Under the pieces are notes generated by a model. The model saw only the letters and a list, made by a program, of their open reading frames with translations. It did no database searches and was not told the DNA's origin. 64,000 nt of DNA, from NCBI GenBank assembly GCA_043228905.1, contig JBHGNT010000008.1, forward strand, positions 11,532,001-11,596,000, in the 5' to 3' direction. A program made the position numbers and the translations under genes. Numbering within the stretch: position 1 is the first letter of the stretch; every line of letters starts with the position of its first letter. The DNA is from Azolla caroliniana (lineage: Eukaryota > Plantae > Polypodiophyta). Below are positions 1 through 10,769 of the stretch, piece after piece.

Positions 1-624
1 CGTAAAGCAAAGCAATATGACGAAAGTCCATGCATGCGACAAAGAGGTCAAGCAAAGCACGAAGACAAAAGCTAATGTGTGCGACAAAGAGACCAAACAA
101 ACCTCAGAAAGCAAAGATATGGGCCAAGTGGGCCAAGCGGATATGAAAGATGTGATCACAAAACCTAAAAAGGATAATACTAGCGTAGAAGTCATGGTCA
201 ACTCCAACACGATAGTATACCACGAAAGTGGAAAAAATTGAGAAGCATTAAATGTGTTCATTTAAGGACCTTGAGATTAGCATATAGTTGAAGAATGAAC
301 CACTAAGGGTGCTCAACAATAGTATTTCGACAAGGCCTTCGAAAAGCATGCATGGAACAAGAAAGAATGATAAAAGAAAATTAGATGACCAAGGTGATGG
401 CTGAGATGAAGGTGGCACATGCATAAGGAGTGAAGCACTATGCTCTAGACGAGCAAAGAGAGCCATGACAATTGGTCATGGAAATGCAAAGAGTGGACGA
501 AGAATATGGTGGGTCGGATGGCAATGGTGATTCGGGTACATCGATGAAAAAGTAAAGTTATCAAAAGTGGAGCCTCACCAAAATTGGCACATACCGGTGG
601 ATGTGCAGGTTTGGTGGGGGTGAA
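1..624 (+). mobile_element. 3' internal region of a Gypsy-type (probably non-autonomous) LTR element, ending in a PPT-like tract
   Basis: GGTTTGGTGGGGGTGAA (608-624) abuts the LTR start. 390-610 is homologous to the reverse complement of ~19730-19960, the 3' internal region of the element at 18330-22289. Confidence 0.7.
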
Positions 625-949
625 TGTCGTGTGAATCTTCACACACTATGTAAAAAACTATGTAAAGAAATAATGGAATAATTATTTTAGATTAGATTAG
701 TAGCTTGTTATAGAAATATGGATGTACTCAAGAACTTTAAAACGCATTTCATTACATACAAAATGGAAGTTATGAGAACATGAAGTTTGAGAAGATAGGG
801 AAAATAGAACTATGATTTATCCCACATAGATAGGAAACTTAAGGCCCTGGCTAAATACGCACATTGAGATCCCTCATTTTTCATTTGTCCTAAGAGCAGT
901 TTGTCCACTTTGTGTAGATGGATGAATGTGGCCAAGTTACCAAAATACC

Positions 950-1150
950 AAACTGGAATCGGTTGGAAAGCAAACTAGAACCGGTTGGAAAGCAAACCGG
1001 AACAGGTTGGTAAGCAATATGGAACTGGCCGGTAAGCAATCTGGAACTGGCCGGTAAGCAAACAGGAACCGGCTGGAAAGCAATTCGGAACTAGCTGGTA
1101 AGCAAACCAAAACCGGCCGTTAAGCAAACTGGAACGGACCGGGTAATCAA
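950..1150. repeat. ~21-22 bp tandem repeat (GGAACCGGTTGGTAAGCAAACC-like) inside LTR
   Basis: Directly visible. The same array occurs at 1985-2140 and, inverted, at 59800-60200. Confidence 0.85.
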
Positions 1151-1364
1151 ATCGAAATTGGCGAAATCGGCAATCGGATGGAGTCGGAAACCGGGCGACA
1201 CAAGCAACCGGAAACCGGCAATCGGACGGAACCGACGATCGGACGAGGCTAGACGTGGACTAGGGTGATTGGATGGGCGGCGATCGAGACGGACGGATGA
1301 TAGGATCATGTGGCAAATTAAAGTAAAGTAAAGGAAACTAAAGTAAAGGGCATGTGGACGGTCG

Positions 1365-1520
1365 CATGCAACTAAAAGAAAAAGGCATGCTACTAGAAAT
1401 GGATGCAACTAAAAGAAAAAGGCATGCTACTAAAAATGGATGCAACTGAAAGAAAAAGGCATGCTACTAAAAATGGATGCAACTAAAAGTAGAGGCCATG
1501 CAACTAGAAGTGGACATGCA
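1365..1520. repeat. Short tandem repeat (ATGCAACTAAAAGAAAAAGGC-like) inside LTR
   Basis: Visible direct repeats. Fewer copies at ~2345-2410. Confidence 0.8.
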
Positions 1521-1984
1521 AAGTAACATGGAAGGCTATGATCATGATCAACGGAGAACTCCATATATATTCCATTTTTTTTCCCTACACTTATTTTCTT
1601 ATCCTTATTAGCTCTCTTATCTTATCGAAGCCAAAAACACTAATTTCTGTACGGAAGCCATAAGACTCATAGACCCTAATTTTCCCTACGGAAGCCATAT
1701 CTCTCAAAATCTAAAATCCCTTATCAAAGCCAAAACCCTAAATTTCTATTGAATCCATATTTAGTTTCTTCTAATCTATTATTCTAGTGATCTCCATAAG
1801 CTAAACTTTTGTAATCCCAATCTTGGGATTGATTGTAATCTTTCTTTCTATTTGTTAATGAAATTTGTCAATCTTTCTTATTTCCATTAATTGTTTAATA
1901 TAAACATATGAATCTGCTATCCTCTGGTCGGACGCCCCGGGGTCCTGCCTCAAGTTCACATATCCTCGTCGTATTTTCGCGACA

Positions 1985-2823
1985 TCGGAACCGACCGATA
2001 AGCAAACCGGAACCGTTCGGAAAACAAACCGGAACCAATTGGTAAGCAAACCGGAACCGGTCGGTAAGCAATCCGAAACCGATCGGTAAGCAAACCGGAA
2101 CCGGTCGGGAAGCAAACAGAAACCAACCGGTAAGAAAATCGAAACCGGCGAAATCGGCAATCGGATGGTGTCGGAAACCGGGTGGATCCGACAACCGGTG
2201 ATCGGGTGGAACCAGCGACCAGACGAGGCTGGACATGGACCGGACGGATTGGATGGGCAATGATCGAGACAGACAGATGATAGGATCATGCGGCTAATTA
2301 AAGTAAAGTAAAGTAAAGTAAAGTAAAGGTCATATGGATGGTCAAATGCAACTAAAAGAAAAAGCCATGCAACTAAAAGTAGAGGCCATGCAACTAAAAG
2401 TGGACATGCAAAGTAACATGGAAGGCTATCATCAACGGAGAACTCCATATAAAATTCCATTTTTTTCCCTACACTCATCCTCTCTCCATTAATTTTCTTT
2501 TCCTTCTCAGCTCCCTTATCTTATCGGAGCCATATCTCTCATAAACCCTAATTTCCTTACGGAAGCCAAAAACCCTAATTTTCCCTACGGAAGCCATATC
2601 TCTCAAACCCCTAATTTTTCTTTTCTATTAATCTCCATAAGCTAAACTTTTGAATCCCAATCTTGGGACATATTGTAATTTCTTTTCTATTCGTTAATGA
2701 AATTTGTCAATCTTTCTTATTTCCATTAATTGTTTAATATAAACATATGAATCTGATATCCTCTAGTCGGACGCCCCGGGGTCCTGCCTCAAGTTCACGT
2801 ATCCTCGTCATATTTTCGCGAGA
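1985..2823 (+). repeat. 3' portion of a second LTR of the same family
   Basis: Repeats ~1080-1984 with divergence and ends TATTTTCGCGAGA (mutated ...CGACA). Copia RT sequence follows directly. Confidence 0.8.
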
Positions 2824-2825
2824 AC

Positions 2826-4195
2826 ATGAACCAGAGATCTACACGGAAGCAACATTGTATGTCAATTGGAAATAGGCTATGGAGGAAGAGATGCGCGCCT
2901 TAGCCGAAAATGGGACTTGGGACTTGGTTGACCTCCCTAGCGATGTCAAGTTGATCAGATGCAGATGGTGCACAAGGTAAAGTACAACGCTGATGGCGCT
3001 GTGAATAGGTATGAGGCTCAAGGGGTGGCCAAAGGCTATCCCTAAACACACGGCATCGACTATGATGAGACCTCCGCGACGGTGGTGAAGATGACTATGG
3101 TGCATGTGTTGTTGGCCATCGTGGTGGCAAAGGGGTGGCATCTACATCAAATCAATGTAAAGAACACATTCCTACAAGCTGAGCCTGAGGAAAAGGTATA
3201 TATGGTTCAACCCTTGGGATTTTAGTCTGAGATGAAGAAGTCAGTAGTATGGCGACTGAAGAACTCCCTTTACGGACCCATGCAAGCCCTTTGAGCTTGG
3301 AATGCCAAAATTACGCATCGCTTGCATAACTGGGTCTTTTTCCATCAAAGTCGGACTTGTCTTTGTTCATCCGGCAAGGTCAGAATGGGCTAGTTAGTAT
3401 TGTGTTATACGTGGATGACTTGGTCATCACGAGCGTTGACTTGGAGGAAATAGGCTACGTAAAGTCTCAATTGTCCACAACATTCGAGATGAAGGATTTG
3501 GGGGATTTTCTTTACTTCCTTGGTATCCAAGTAATTCAAACCCTGGAAGGCATATTGATTAGCCAAAGGAATTATGTGTTGAAAATGCTCTTGAAGTTCA
3601 GCATGATGGGTTGCAAATCTATCTTGACTCCTCTTGACAAGAATGTCAAGCTTCACCGCGTATTAGGAATGGCATGCGACATGACACGGTTCTGGTAGAT
3701 TATCAGAAGCCTCACCTACCTAACGATCACGTGGCCAAACCTTAGCTGTCCGTTGGGCGTGATTAGTCAATTCATGTCACAATCTGTGTTCTATCACCTT
3801 CAATGCGCGCATCGGATATTTCGCTATGTGAGCGGGATGAAAATCGTGGGTTGTTGTATCGGATAGTGCAACAAGAAGTTACTGACAATGGCACTATCGA
3901 GTACTGAGGTTGAATACAAAGGAGTGGTTATCGCAACATGCAAAGTCATTTGGCTGAAAAGGCTATTGAAGGATCTATGAGTAGAGATGTTCGATCCGAC
4001 GGTGATGTACTGCAAAAACCTCAACAGTCTCCAATTAACAAAAACCCCAATCTCCCACGCTCGGATGAGGCACATCGAAGTGCATTATCACATTGTGCAT
4101 GAGCATGTTCTCTCTGGTGAAGTGGAACTTGTGTATGTTTTGACATATTAGCAGGTGGCTGACATCTTCACCAAACCTCTCAGACTTGACAACTT
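2826..4195 (+). pseudogene. Decayed Ty1/Copia reverse transcriptase-RNase H
   Basis: Fragments AMEEEMRALAENGTWDLVD, LYVDDLVIT, FEMKDLG and HIEVHYH...ADIFTKP, with many stops and frameshifts. Confidence 0.9.
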
Positions 4196-4651
4196 GAAGA
4201 ACAAGCCGAGAGACAGAACGAAAAAGCCGGATCAAGGAGATGGATTTGAGGCCAGATTGGAGAGCCAAACTCGAGAACCGGATTGGTGAGCCAAATTCAG
4301 GAGCCGGAGCCATGTGCGAACCGGTAGGCCGTTGGAGGCCTACGGTCCTAGTCTCCTAGGGAGTTATGTTCCTATGAGTTAGTTTTAGTAGGTTAGTACG
4401 CGCATTGAAGTACTTGACATTACTTCTCTCAATCCTTTTAAGGAATTGTATAAAAGTGCTCTCTCAGCACATTCGATGTATAGAGTATTGACTGTTATTT
4501 TTTGAAATAGAGTTTTTCTGTGTTCTACGCTCTCTCTGTCTCTCTCGTACTCTATGTGTGTTCTGATCTTTCCATTAAACCTATGTTCTATTTCTGCTAC
4601 TATCCGATTGAGCTAGTTGTGTCTAAGAGCTTCCACATGTAACTCATTACA
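4196..4651 (+). repeat. Copia LTR (5' boundary uncertain) preceding the PBS of element C
   Basis: Similar to the reverse complement of LTR 46132-46528 (GCATTGAAGTACT, TGTATAAAAGTG, CT tract). Ends ...TTACA and is followed by TGGTAT. Confidence 0.65.
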
Positions 4652-4769
4652 TGGTATTGTAAAGAATCAAGAGATGGATTCTGTGCAGTAGAATAGATAT
4701 GAACTGTGTGTGTGTATGAGAGAGAGAGAGAGTGTGAGAGAGACACGGAGTAAGACACGGGGAATAAGC

Positions 4770-5471
4770 TGTTGGGATGTCGGTCCCTCCGGATGGGATG
4801 TCCGGAGATGAATGACGGCAAGCCCGGTTTCCGGTTACAAAACCGGAGGATGAAGAGTACCCGGCATGAAGCCGGATGAAGACCCCGGCTACGGAGCCGG
4901 ATGATGGAGACCCCGGCTACGGAGCCGGATGATGAAGACCCCGGCTACGGAGCCGGATGATGAAGACCCCGGTTACGGAGCAGGATGACGAATGTACCCG
5001 GAGAGAGATCCGGATGCGGGGACATATTTGTGAATATGTTTGCCAAGGGCTCTTGAGGCTATATTTGTAAATAGCCTGAAAGTCATATGTGTATAAATAT
5101 GACTTAGGGCAAACAGTTGTTACTGTCGTTGCTCATTTTCTGTTTTCCACTTAGAGGGAGCGAAGTGAGAGCAGCCGAGAGAGAGAGACACAGAGAGAGA
5201 GAGACGAAGAGGTCGTTGCCTCTGTGTATTACCGCCGCCTGTGGCGAAGACAGTGAGCTCAAGGTTGTTGCCTTGAAGCTTCACCATTGTATATCTCTGT
5301 TCATACTGATAGTTGGAGTTTGAGGACTCCCGTGGTTTTTCCCATTTAGGGTTTTCCACGCAAAATATCCTGTGTACTCTTCTCTCTATTGTCTTCGTGC
5401 ATTTTGGTATTTCCCGTTTTCTGTGTGAGTTAATCCTATTCCTGATTGTGGCCGAGCACCTGTTTTCAACA
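4770..5471 (+). repeat. 5' LTR (702 bp; four 28-bp repeats)
   Basis: Near-identical to 9587-10260. Confidence 0.97.
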
Positions 5472-5474
5472 AAT

Positions 5475-5486
5475 TGGTATCAGAGC
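5475..5486 (+). promoter_or_regulatory. Primer binding site, tRNA-iMet
   Basis: TGGTATCAGAGC, 3 nt after the LTR end. Confidence 0.95.
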
Positions 5487-5502
5487 GACGGTAACACAGA
5501 AA

Positions 5503-8500
5503 ATGGAAGGCGGCGGTAGTGGGCCTCCGGGCATGATGGTGTTGAACTCACAGAACTACGCCGACTGGAAGATAAAGATGGAGGATCTGCTCATTGTTCG
5601 GGACCTGTATGAACCGATCGACAGGTCGGAAATACCCAAGGGGGTACTTGAGACGGAATGGAGGCTTCTGAACCGGAAAGCCGTTGCAACCATTCGGCAA
5701 TACGTCGACGTGAGCGTTCTACAACATGTGGCGAATGACACCAACGCATATGAGATGTGGCGGAAGCTGTCGGGCCTCTACGAGAGGAAAAATGCGTTGA
5801 ACCGGACCTCCCTGATGAGGAAGATAGTGAACCTCAAGTACCGGGACGGCGAGAGTATGGTGGAACACGTAAGCACGTTCATGGGATTCGTGAACCAGCT
5901 TGCGGCGATCAAGTTCCCGTTGGAGGATGCAATGCAAGCCATCATCCTGATGTGTACATTGCCGGAAAGCTGGGAGAACTTGGTGGTGACTCTCAGCACC
6001 TCCTGCACCGAAGATAACTTGTCTCTACAAACGGTAAAGACAAGCATTTTGAACAAAGAAGCGCGACGGAGAGATAAAGAACCGGCCTCCGATCCGAAGA
6101 TGCTGCTTACCGAATCGGATCGGGGAAGACAACGGAACCGGAGTCCGCAAAGACGGGAGAAGTCGGGGACCCGGTCGCAGTCAAGAGGAAGGCCCACATG
6201 CTTCCACTGTGGGAAGCCGGGGCACTTCCGGAAGAATTGTCGGCATTACCGGAAAGACAACGGAGCCGACGACACCGATTCGAAGAAGTCACCGGAGCGA
6301 AACGGTGCATACCGGGGAACCACGGACCGGAGAGGTCCGGATCGGCGAGGGCAGGACCGGAAAGGAACGACGGCACTCGCGGCAAGTGAAGAAGAGATAA
6401 TGCTCATTACCGAAGAGAGGGAGCTGAACCTTGCCGGTGAAGAGATGACCTGGGTGGTCGATTCCGGAGCGTCGTTCCACCTGACCCCGGAGAAGAAATA
6501 CTTCTCATCCTACACAGCCGGTGAGCACGGCTGTGTCCGGATGGGAAATGAAGGTACATGCCGGATTGCCGGCATAGGAGATGTGTGGCTGATGACATCA
6601 ACCGGATGCAAGATGCTGCTGAAGGATGTTCGACACGTTCCGGAGGTTCGATTGAACCTGATTTCGGCCGGGAGGCAGGACGATGAAGGCTACACGGGTA
6701 GCATCCGGAACGGTGTCATGAAGTTCAGCAAAGGGAGCCTGATAGTGGCTCGGGCCCGGAAGGTCAACACACTGTACCTGATGAATTCCCGGCTATGTCC
6801 GGAGGAGCTGAACGTGGCAGCTGACACTACCGGTGAGCTGTGGCACAAGAGGCTGTGCCACATGAGCGAGAAGGGGATGAAGAGGCTTGCAGAAGACAAC
6901 CTTATTCCAGTGAAGCATGTGCATCTGGAGAAGTGCACCGATTGCCTGGCCGGTAAGCAGAACCGAGCCTCCTTCCACTCAAGGCCACCGACGAGACGTA
7001 GCGCACCATTGGAGTTGGTGCACACTGACGTGTGTCAAGTGGAAACGAAGTCACATGGCGGAGCCCAGTACTTCGTGACATTCATTGATGACCACAGCCG
7101 GAAGCTGTGGACGGCACCGTTGAAGACAAAGGACCAAGTATTGTCCGTCTTCAAAGAACTCCACGCGAGAGTGGAAAGGGAATCCGGCAGGAAGCTGAAA
7201 GCGATACGAGCGGATAACGGAGGGGAATACCGGGGGCAGTTCGAGGAGTACTATCGCTCGAAGGGAATCCGGCTCGAGTTTACTGTGCCGAAGACGCCGG
7301 AACTGAACGGGCTGGCCGAGAGGATGAACCGGACCATAATGGAGAGGGTCCGGAGTATGCTGGCGCATGCGGAATTACCCAAGGGGTTTTGGGCTGAGGC
7401 AATGTCGACGGCGACATACGTGATAAACAGATCACCCTCAGTGCCTTTGGACGGAGACACGCCGCAGAGAGTGTGGACCGGTAGGGAAGTATCCTACCAG
7501 CATCTGAAGGTGTTCGGGTGTCTCGCATATGTGCATGTGGCAAAGGACCGGAGAGGAAAGCTAGATCCAAAGACCCGGCCATGCATATTCCTCGGTTACG
7601 GCAACGACGAGTTCGGCTACCGAGTATGGGACCCGGTCGACAAGAAGATATTCAGGAGTCGTGATATCATCTTCATGGAGGACAAGACACTCGCCGACTG
7701 GGAGTCGGAGAAGAAGATGAAGAGCTCAAAGTCGACCGGTGAGAATCAACTCTACGAAGAGCAGTCCCGACCGGCAAGGGACCGGTTAGCACTCGAGGAT
7801 CCGGCCGAAGACGGTGAAGAAACAGAACCGGCCGAGGAAGATGAAACTGATACCGGAACCGGCCCCGATCCCGAAATGGATTCGGATGAAGAGGAAACGG
7901 AGGAGCCGGTTACCGAAGCTCCGGAACGGAGATATCCTCTAAGAGAGAGAAGGGCCCCCCGGAGATTTCCGGAACCAGAGCACGTGCTGCTAACCGACGA
8001 GGGGGAGCCGGAGAGCTTTGAAGAAGCAAAGCATGACACCCAGAGCCGCAGGTGGTTGAGTGCCATGCAGGACGAGATAGATTCCCTGCATGAGAACCAC
8101 ACATATGAACTTGTGGAGTTGCCGAAAGGAAAGCGGGCACTTCGAAACAAGTGGGTGTTCAAGCTGAAACCGGGAGATGCCGGAAACCCCCCGAGATACA
8201 AAGCCAGGATCGTGGTGAAGGGTTTTCAGCAGAAGAAGGGCGTCGACTTCGACGAGATATTTGCCCCGGTAGTGAAGATGACCTCCATCCGGACGGTGCT
8301 GAGCATAGCGGCAAGCATGGACCTCGAGGTAGAACAGATGGACGTGAAGACGGCATTCCTTCACGGTGACCTCGAAGAAGAGATCTACATGCAGCAACCG
8401 GAAGGATTCGAGAAGAAAGGGAAGGAGCACCTGGTATGCCGGTTGAAGAAGAGCCTTTACGGACTGAAGCAGGCTCCCCGGCAATGGTACCGGAAGTTCG

Positions 8501-9576
8501 ACTCCTTCATGACCGACGAAGGGTACCTCAAAACGCAGTCCGACCACTGCGTGTTTGTGAAGAAGTTCGAAGGAGGAGACTTTCTAATACTCCTCCTGTA
8601 CGTGGACGACATGTTGATCGTCGGACGGGACCAGGTCAAGATACGGATGCTGAAGAAGGCTCTTCACCGAACCTTCTCAATGAAGGACTTGGGTCCGGCG
8701 AGACAAATACTAGGGATGCACATCATCCGGGACCGGAGCAAGAAGCAGTTGTGGCTGTCACAGGAGAAGTACGTGACAAAGGTGCTTCACCGGTTCAACA
8801 TGTCGGAAGCAAGACCGGTCGGTTCAACCCTCCAGGCAAACTGCAAGTTGTCCAGCAAGCAAAGCCCCAAGACAAAGGCTGAGAAGGAGGACATGATGAA
8901 AGTACCATATGCCTCTGCCGTCGGAAGCTTGATGTACGCAATGGTGTGTACAAGACCGGACATAGGATATGCAGTCGGAGTGGTGAGCCGGTACATGAGC
9001 AATCCCGGCAAGGAACACTGGAACGCGGTCAAATGGATACTCCGATACTTAAAGGGCACTTTGAACATGTGCCTCCGATTCGGCTCCGGTAAGCCCGAAC
9101 TCGATGGATTTACCGATTCGGACATGTCGGCTGATGCGGATACCAGCCGGTCTACATCTGGGTATGTAATGACATATGTAGGGGGAGCCGTTTCGTGGCA
9201 GTCGAGGTTGCAGAAGACGGTTGCGTTGTCAACCACGGAGGCGGAGTACATGGCGGCTGTTGAAGCCGGCAAGGAAATAATATGGATGAAGGACTTCATT
9301 AGAGAGCTCGGTATCCGACAGGAGGAGTACCGGCTCTACTGCGATAGTCAGAGTGCCATCCACCTTGCGAAGAACGCGGCCTACCATTCCCGGACGAAAC
9401 ACATCCAGCGTAGATACCACTGGATCCGGGAAAGGATAGAAGACAAGGAGTTCGTGCTGACGAAGATCCACACGGACGAGAACGGGTCGGATATGCTGAC
9501 CAAGGTGCTCACACCCGACAAGCTGGAAGCATGCCGGAAGAGGATCGGATTGGAGAGACATCCCATGCCGAAGTGA
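5503..9576 (+). CDS. gag-pol: Copia Gag-PR-IN-RT-RH polyprotein (1357 aa)
   Basis: ATG at 5503. Zinc knuckle CFHCGKPGHFRKNC; protease VVDSGAS; integrase HHCC and VHTD/ADNGGE/LAER; RT YVDD; RNase H FTDSD/EAEY/CDSQ. No stops. Confidence 0.97.
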   Translation: MEGGGSGPPGMMVLNSQNYADWKIKMEDLLIVRDLYEPIDRSEIPKGVLETEWRLLNRKAVATIRQYVDVSVLQHVANDTNAYEMWRKLSGLYERKNALNRTSLMRKIVNLKYRDGESMVEHVSTFMGFVNQLAAIKFPLEDAMQAIILMCTLPESWENLVVTLSTSCTEDNLSLQTVKTSILNKEARRRDKEPASDPKMLLTESDRGRQRNRSPQRREKSGTRSQSRGRPTCFHCGKPGHFRKNCRHYRKDNGADDTDSKKSPERNGAYRGTTDRRGPDRRGQDRKGTTALAASEEEIMLITEERELNLAGEEMTWVVDSGASFHLTPEKKYFSSYTAGEHGCVRMGNEGTCRIAGIGDVWLMTSTGCKMLLKDVRHVPEVRLNLISAGRQDDEGYTGSIRNGVMKFSKGSLIVARARKVNTLYLMNSRLCPEELNVAADTTGELWHKRLCHMSEKGMKRLAEDNLIPVKHVHLEKCTDCLAGKQNRASFHSRPPTRRSAPLELVHTDVCQVETKSHGGAQYFVTFIDDHSRKLWTAPLKTKDQVLSVFKELHARVERESGRKLKAIRADNGGEYRGQFEEYYRSKGIRLEFTVPKTPELNGLAERMNRTIMERVRSMLAHAELPKGFWAEAMSTATYVINRSPSVPLDGDTPQRVWTGREVSYQHLKVFGCLAYVHVAKDRRGKLDPKTRPCIFLGYGNDEFGYRVWDPVDKKIFRSRDIIFMEDKTLADWESEKKMKSSKSTGENQLYEEQSRPARDRLALEDPAEDGEETEPAEEDETDTGTGPDPEMDSDEEETEEPVTEAPERRYPLRERRAPRRFPEPEHVLLTDEGEPESFEEAKHDTQSRRWLSAMQDEIDSLHENHTYELVELPKGKRALRNKWVFKLKPGDAGNPPRYKARIVVKGFQQKKGVDFDEIFAPVVKMTSIRTVLSIAASMDLEVEQMDVKTAFLHGDLEEEIYMQQPEGFEKKGKEHLVCRLKKSLYGLKQAPRQWYRKFDSFMTDEGYLKTQSDHCVFVKKFEGGDFLILLLYVDDMLIVGRDQVKIRMLKKALHRTFSMKDLGPARQILGMHIIRDRSKKQLWLSQEKYVTKVLHRFNMSEARPVGSTLQANCKLSSKQSPKTKAEKEDMMKVPYASAVGSLMYAMVCTRPDIGYAVGVVSRYMSNPGKEHWNAVKWILRYLKGTLNMCLRFGSGKPELDGFTDSDMSADADTSRSTSGYVMTYVGGAVSWQSRLQKTVALSTTEAEYMAAVEAGKEIIWMKDFIRELGIRQEEYRLYCDSQSAIHLAKNAAYHSRTKHIQRRYHWIRERIEDKEFVLTKIHTDENGSDMLTKVLTPDKLEACRKRIGLERHPMPK

Positions 9577-9586
9577 AGGGGGAGTT
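9575..9586 (+). promoter_or_regulatory. Polypurine tract
   Basis: GAAGGGGGAG immediately before the 3' LTR. Confidence 0.9.
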
Positions 9587-10260
9587 TGTTGGGATGTCGG
9601 TCCCTCCGGATGGGATGTCCGGAGATGAATGACGGCAAGCCCGGTTTCCGGTTACAGAACCGGAGGATGAAGAGTACCCGGCATGAAGCCGAATGAAGAC
9701 CCCGGCTACGGAGCCGGATGATGAAGACCCCGGCTACGGAGCCGGATGATGAAGACCCCGGTTACGGAGCAGGATGACGAATGTACCCGGAGAGAGATCC
9801 GGATGCGGGGACATATTTGTGAATATGTTTGCCAAGGGCTCTTGAGGCTATATTTGTAAATAGCCTGAAAGTCATATGTGTATAAATATGACTTAGGGCA
9901 AACAGTTGTTACTGTCGTTGCTCATTTTCTGTTTTCCACTTAGAGGGAGCGAAGTGAGAGCGGCCGAGAGAGAGAGAGACAGAGAGAGAGAGACGAAGAG
10001 GTCGTTGCCTCTGTGTATTACCGCCGCCTGTGGCGAAGACAGTGAGCTCAAGGTTGTTGCCTTGAAGCTTCACCATTGTATATCTCTGTTCATACTGATA
10101 GTTGGAGTTTGAGGACTCCCGTGGTTTTTCCCATTTAGGGTTTTCCACGCAAAATATCCTCTGTACTCTTCTCTCTATTGTCTTCGTGCATTTTGGTATT
10201 TCCCGTTTTCTGTGTGAGTTAATCCTATTCCTGATTGTGGCCGAGCACCTGTTTTCAACA
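9587..10260 (+). repeat. 3' LTR (674 bp; three 28-bp repeats)
   Basis: Matches the 5' LTR except for one repeat unit and about 5 substitutions. Confidence 0.97.
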
Positions 10261-10769
10261 TAAGCAAGGTAAAGTATATTAACAAAGGAGAAAGACTCAA
10301 CATTATACAAGGTGGGAGGAGGGTGCTTTATATAGTCACCCTCTCTCTTCATTAACTACAAGACTCATGGAGCATGGGGAATGTGAAAGCTCATAAGTTA
10401 TGTGTCATAGAATATGATTCTATGACTCATACTAAATGCTAGAATACAAAGTGGTGACATAATGGTGACTCTTGACCGTTGGAGTGTCTATTGATTCTCA
10501 ACACGCCCCCTCAAGCTCAAGTCGGGTCGGTTTCAGACGGTATCCGAAATCCGCTTCGACTCGCGTTCCGGAGTCCGCGTTGACTCGCGTCGACTTGCAC
10601 TTATGCGGAGTTGTAGAATCTGTGCTCCAGCTTGCGTTGTGCATAGTTGCGAAGTCTGTGATTTGGCTTGCGTCTTTCTTCGCGGCTTTGTTGCACGGTT
10701 GCGGAATCCACACGTTATTGTATAGTGTCTTTAGTACTCCCCCTCAAGCTTGCCACAACTTGTCGGATC

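Larger units (their letters stand above)
625..1984 (+). repeat. Complete long 3' LTR (1360 bp)
   Basis: Termini TGTCGTG...CGCGACA. Colinear with the reverse complement of 58977-60518. Contains internal tandem repeats. Confidence 0.85.
4770..10260 (+). mobile_element. Intact young Ty1/Copia retrotransposon, Tnt1/Tork-like, TSD TAAGC
   Basis: LTRs 4770-5471 and 9587-10260 (TGTTG...CAACA). TAAGC at 4765-4769 and 10261-10265. PBS, PPT and an uninterrupted ORF are present. Confidence 0.98.

Noticed and set aside
1091-2478. 100-200 aa ORFs in LTRs (also 59614-60203)
   Set aside because: They are translations of tandem repeats and carry no protein motif.
5446-5502. GTG start of the 1376-aa track ORF
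   Set aside because: It overlaps the LTR end and PBS. The first ATG after the PBS is at 5503.
5556-9638. Many antisense or overlapping ORFs within the Copia and Gypsy coding regions
   Set aside because: These are shadow ORFs of GC-rich coding sequence with no independent evidence.
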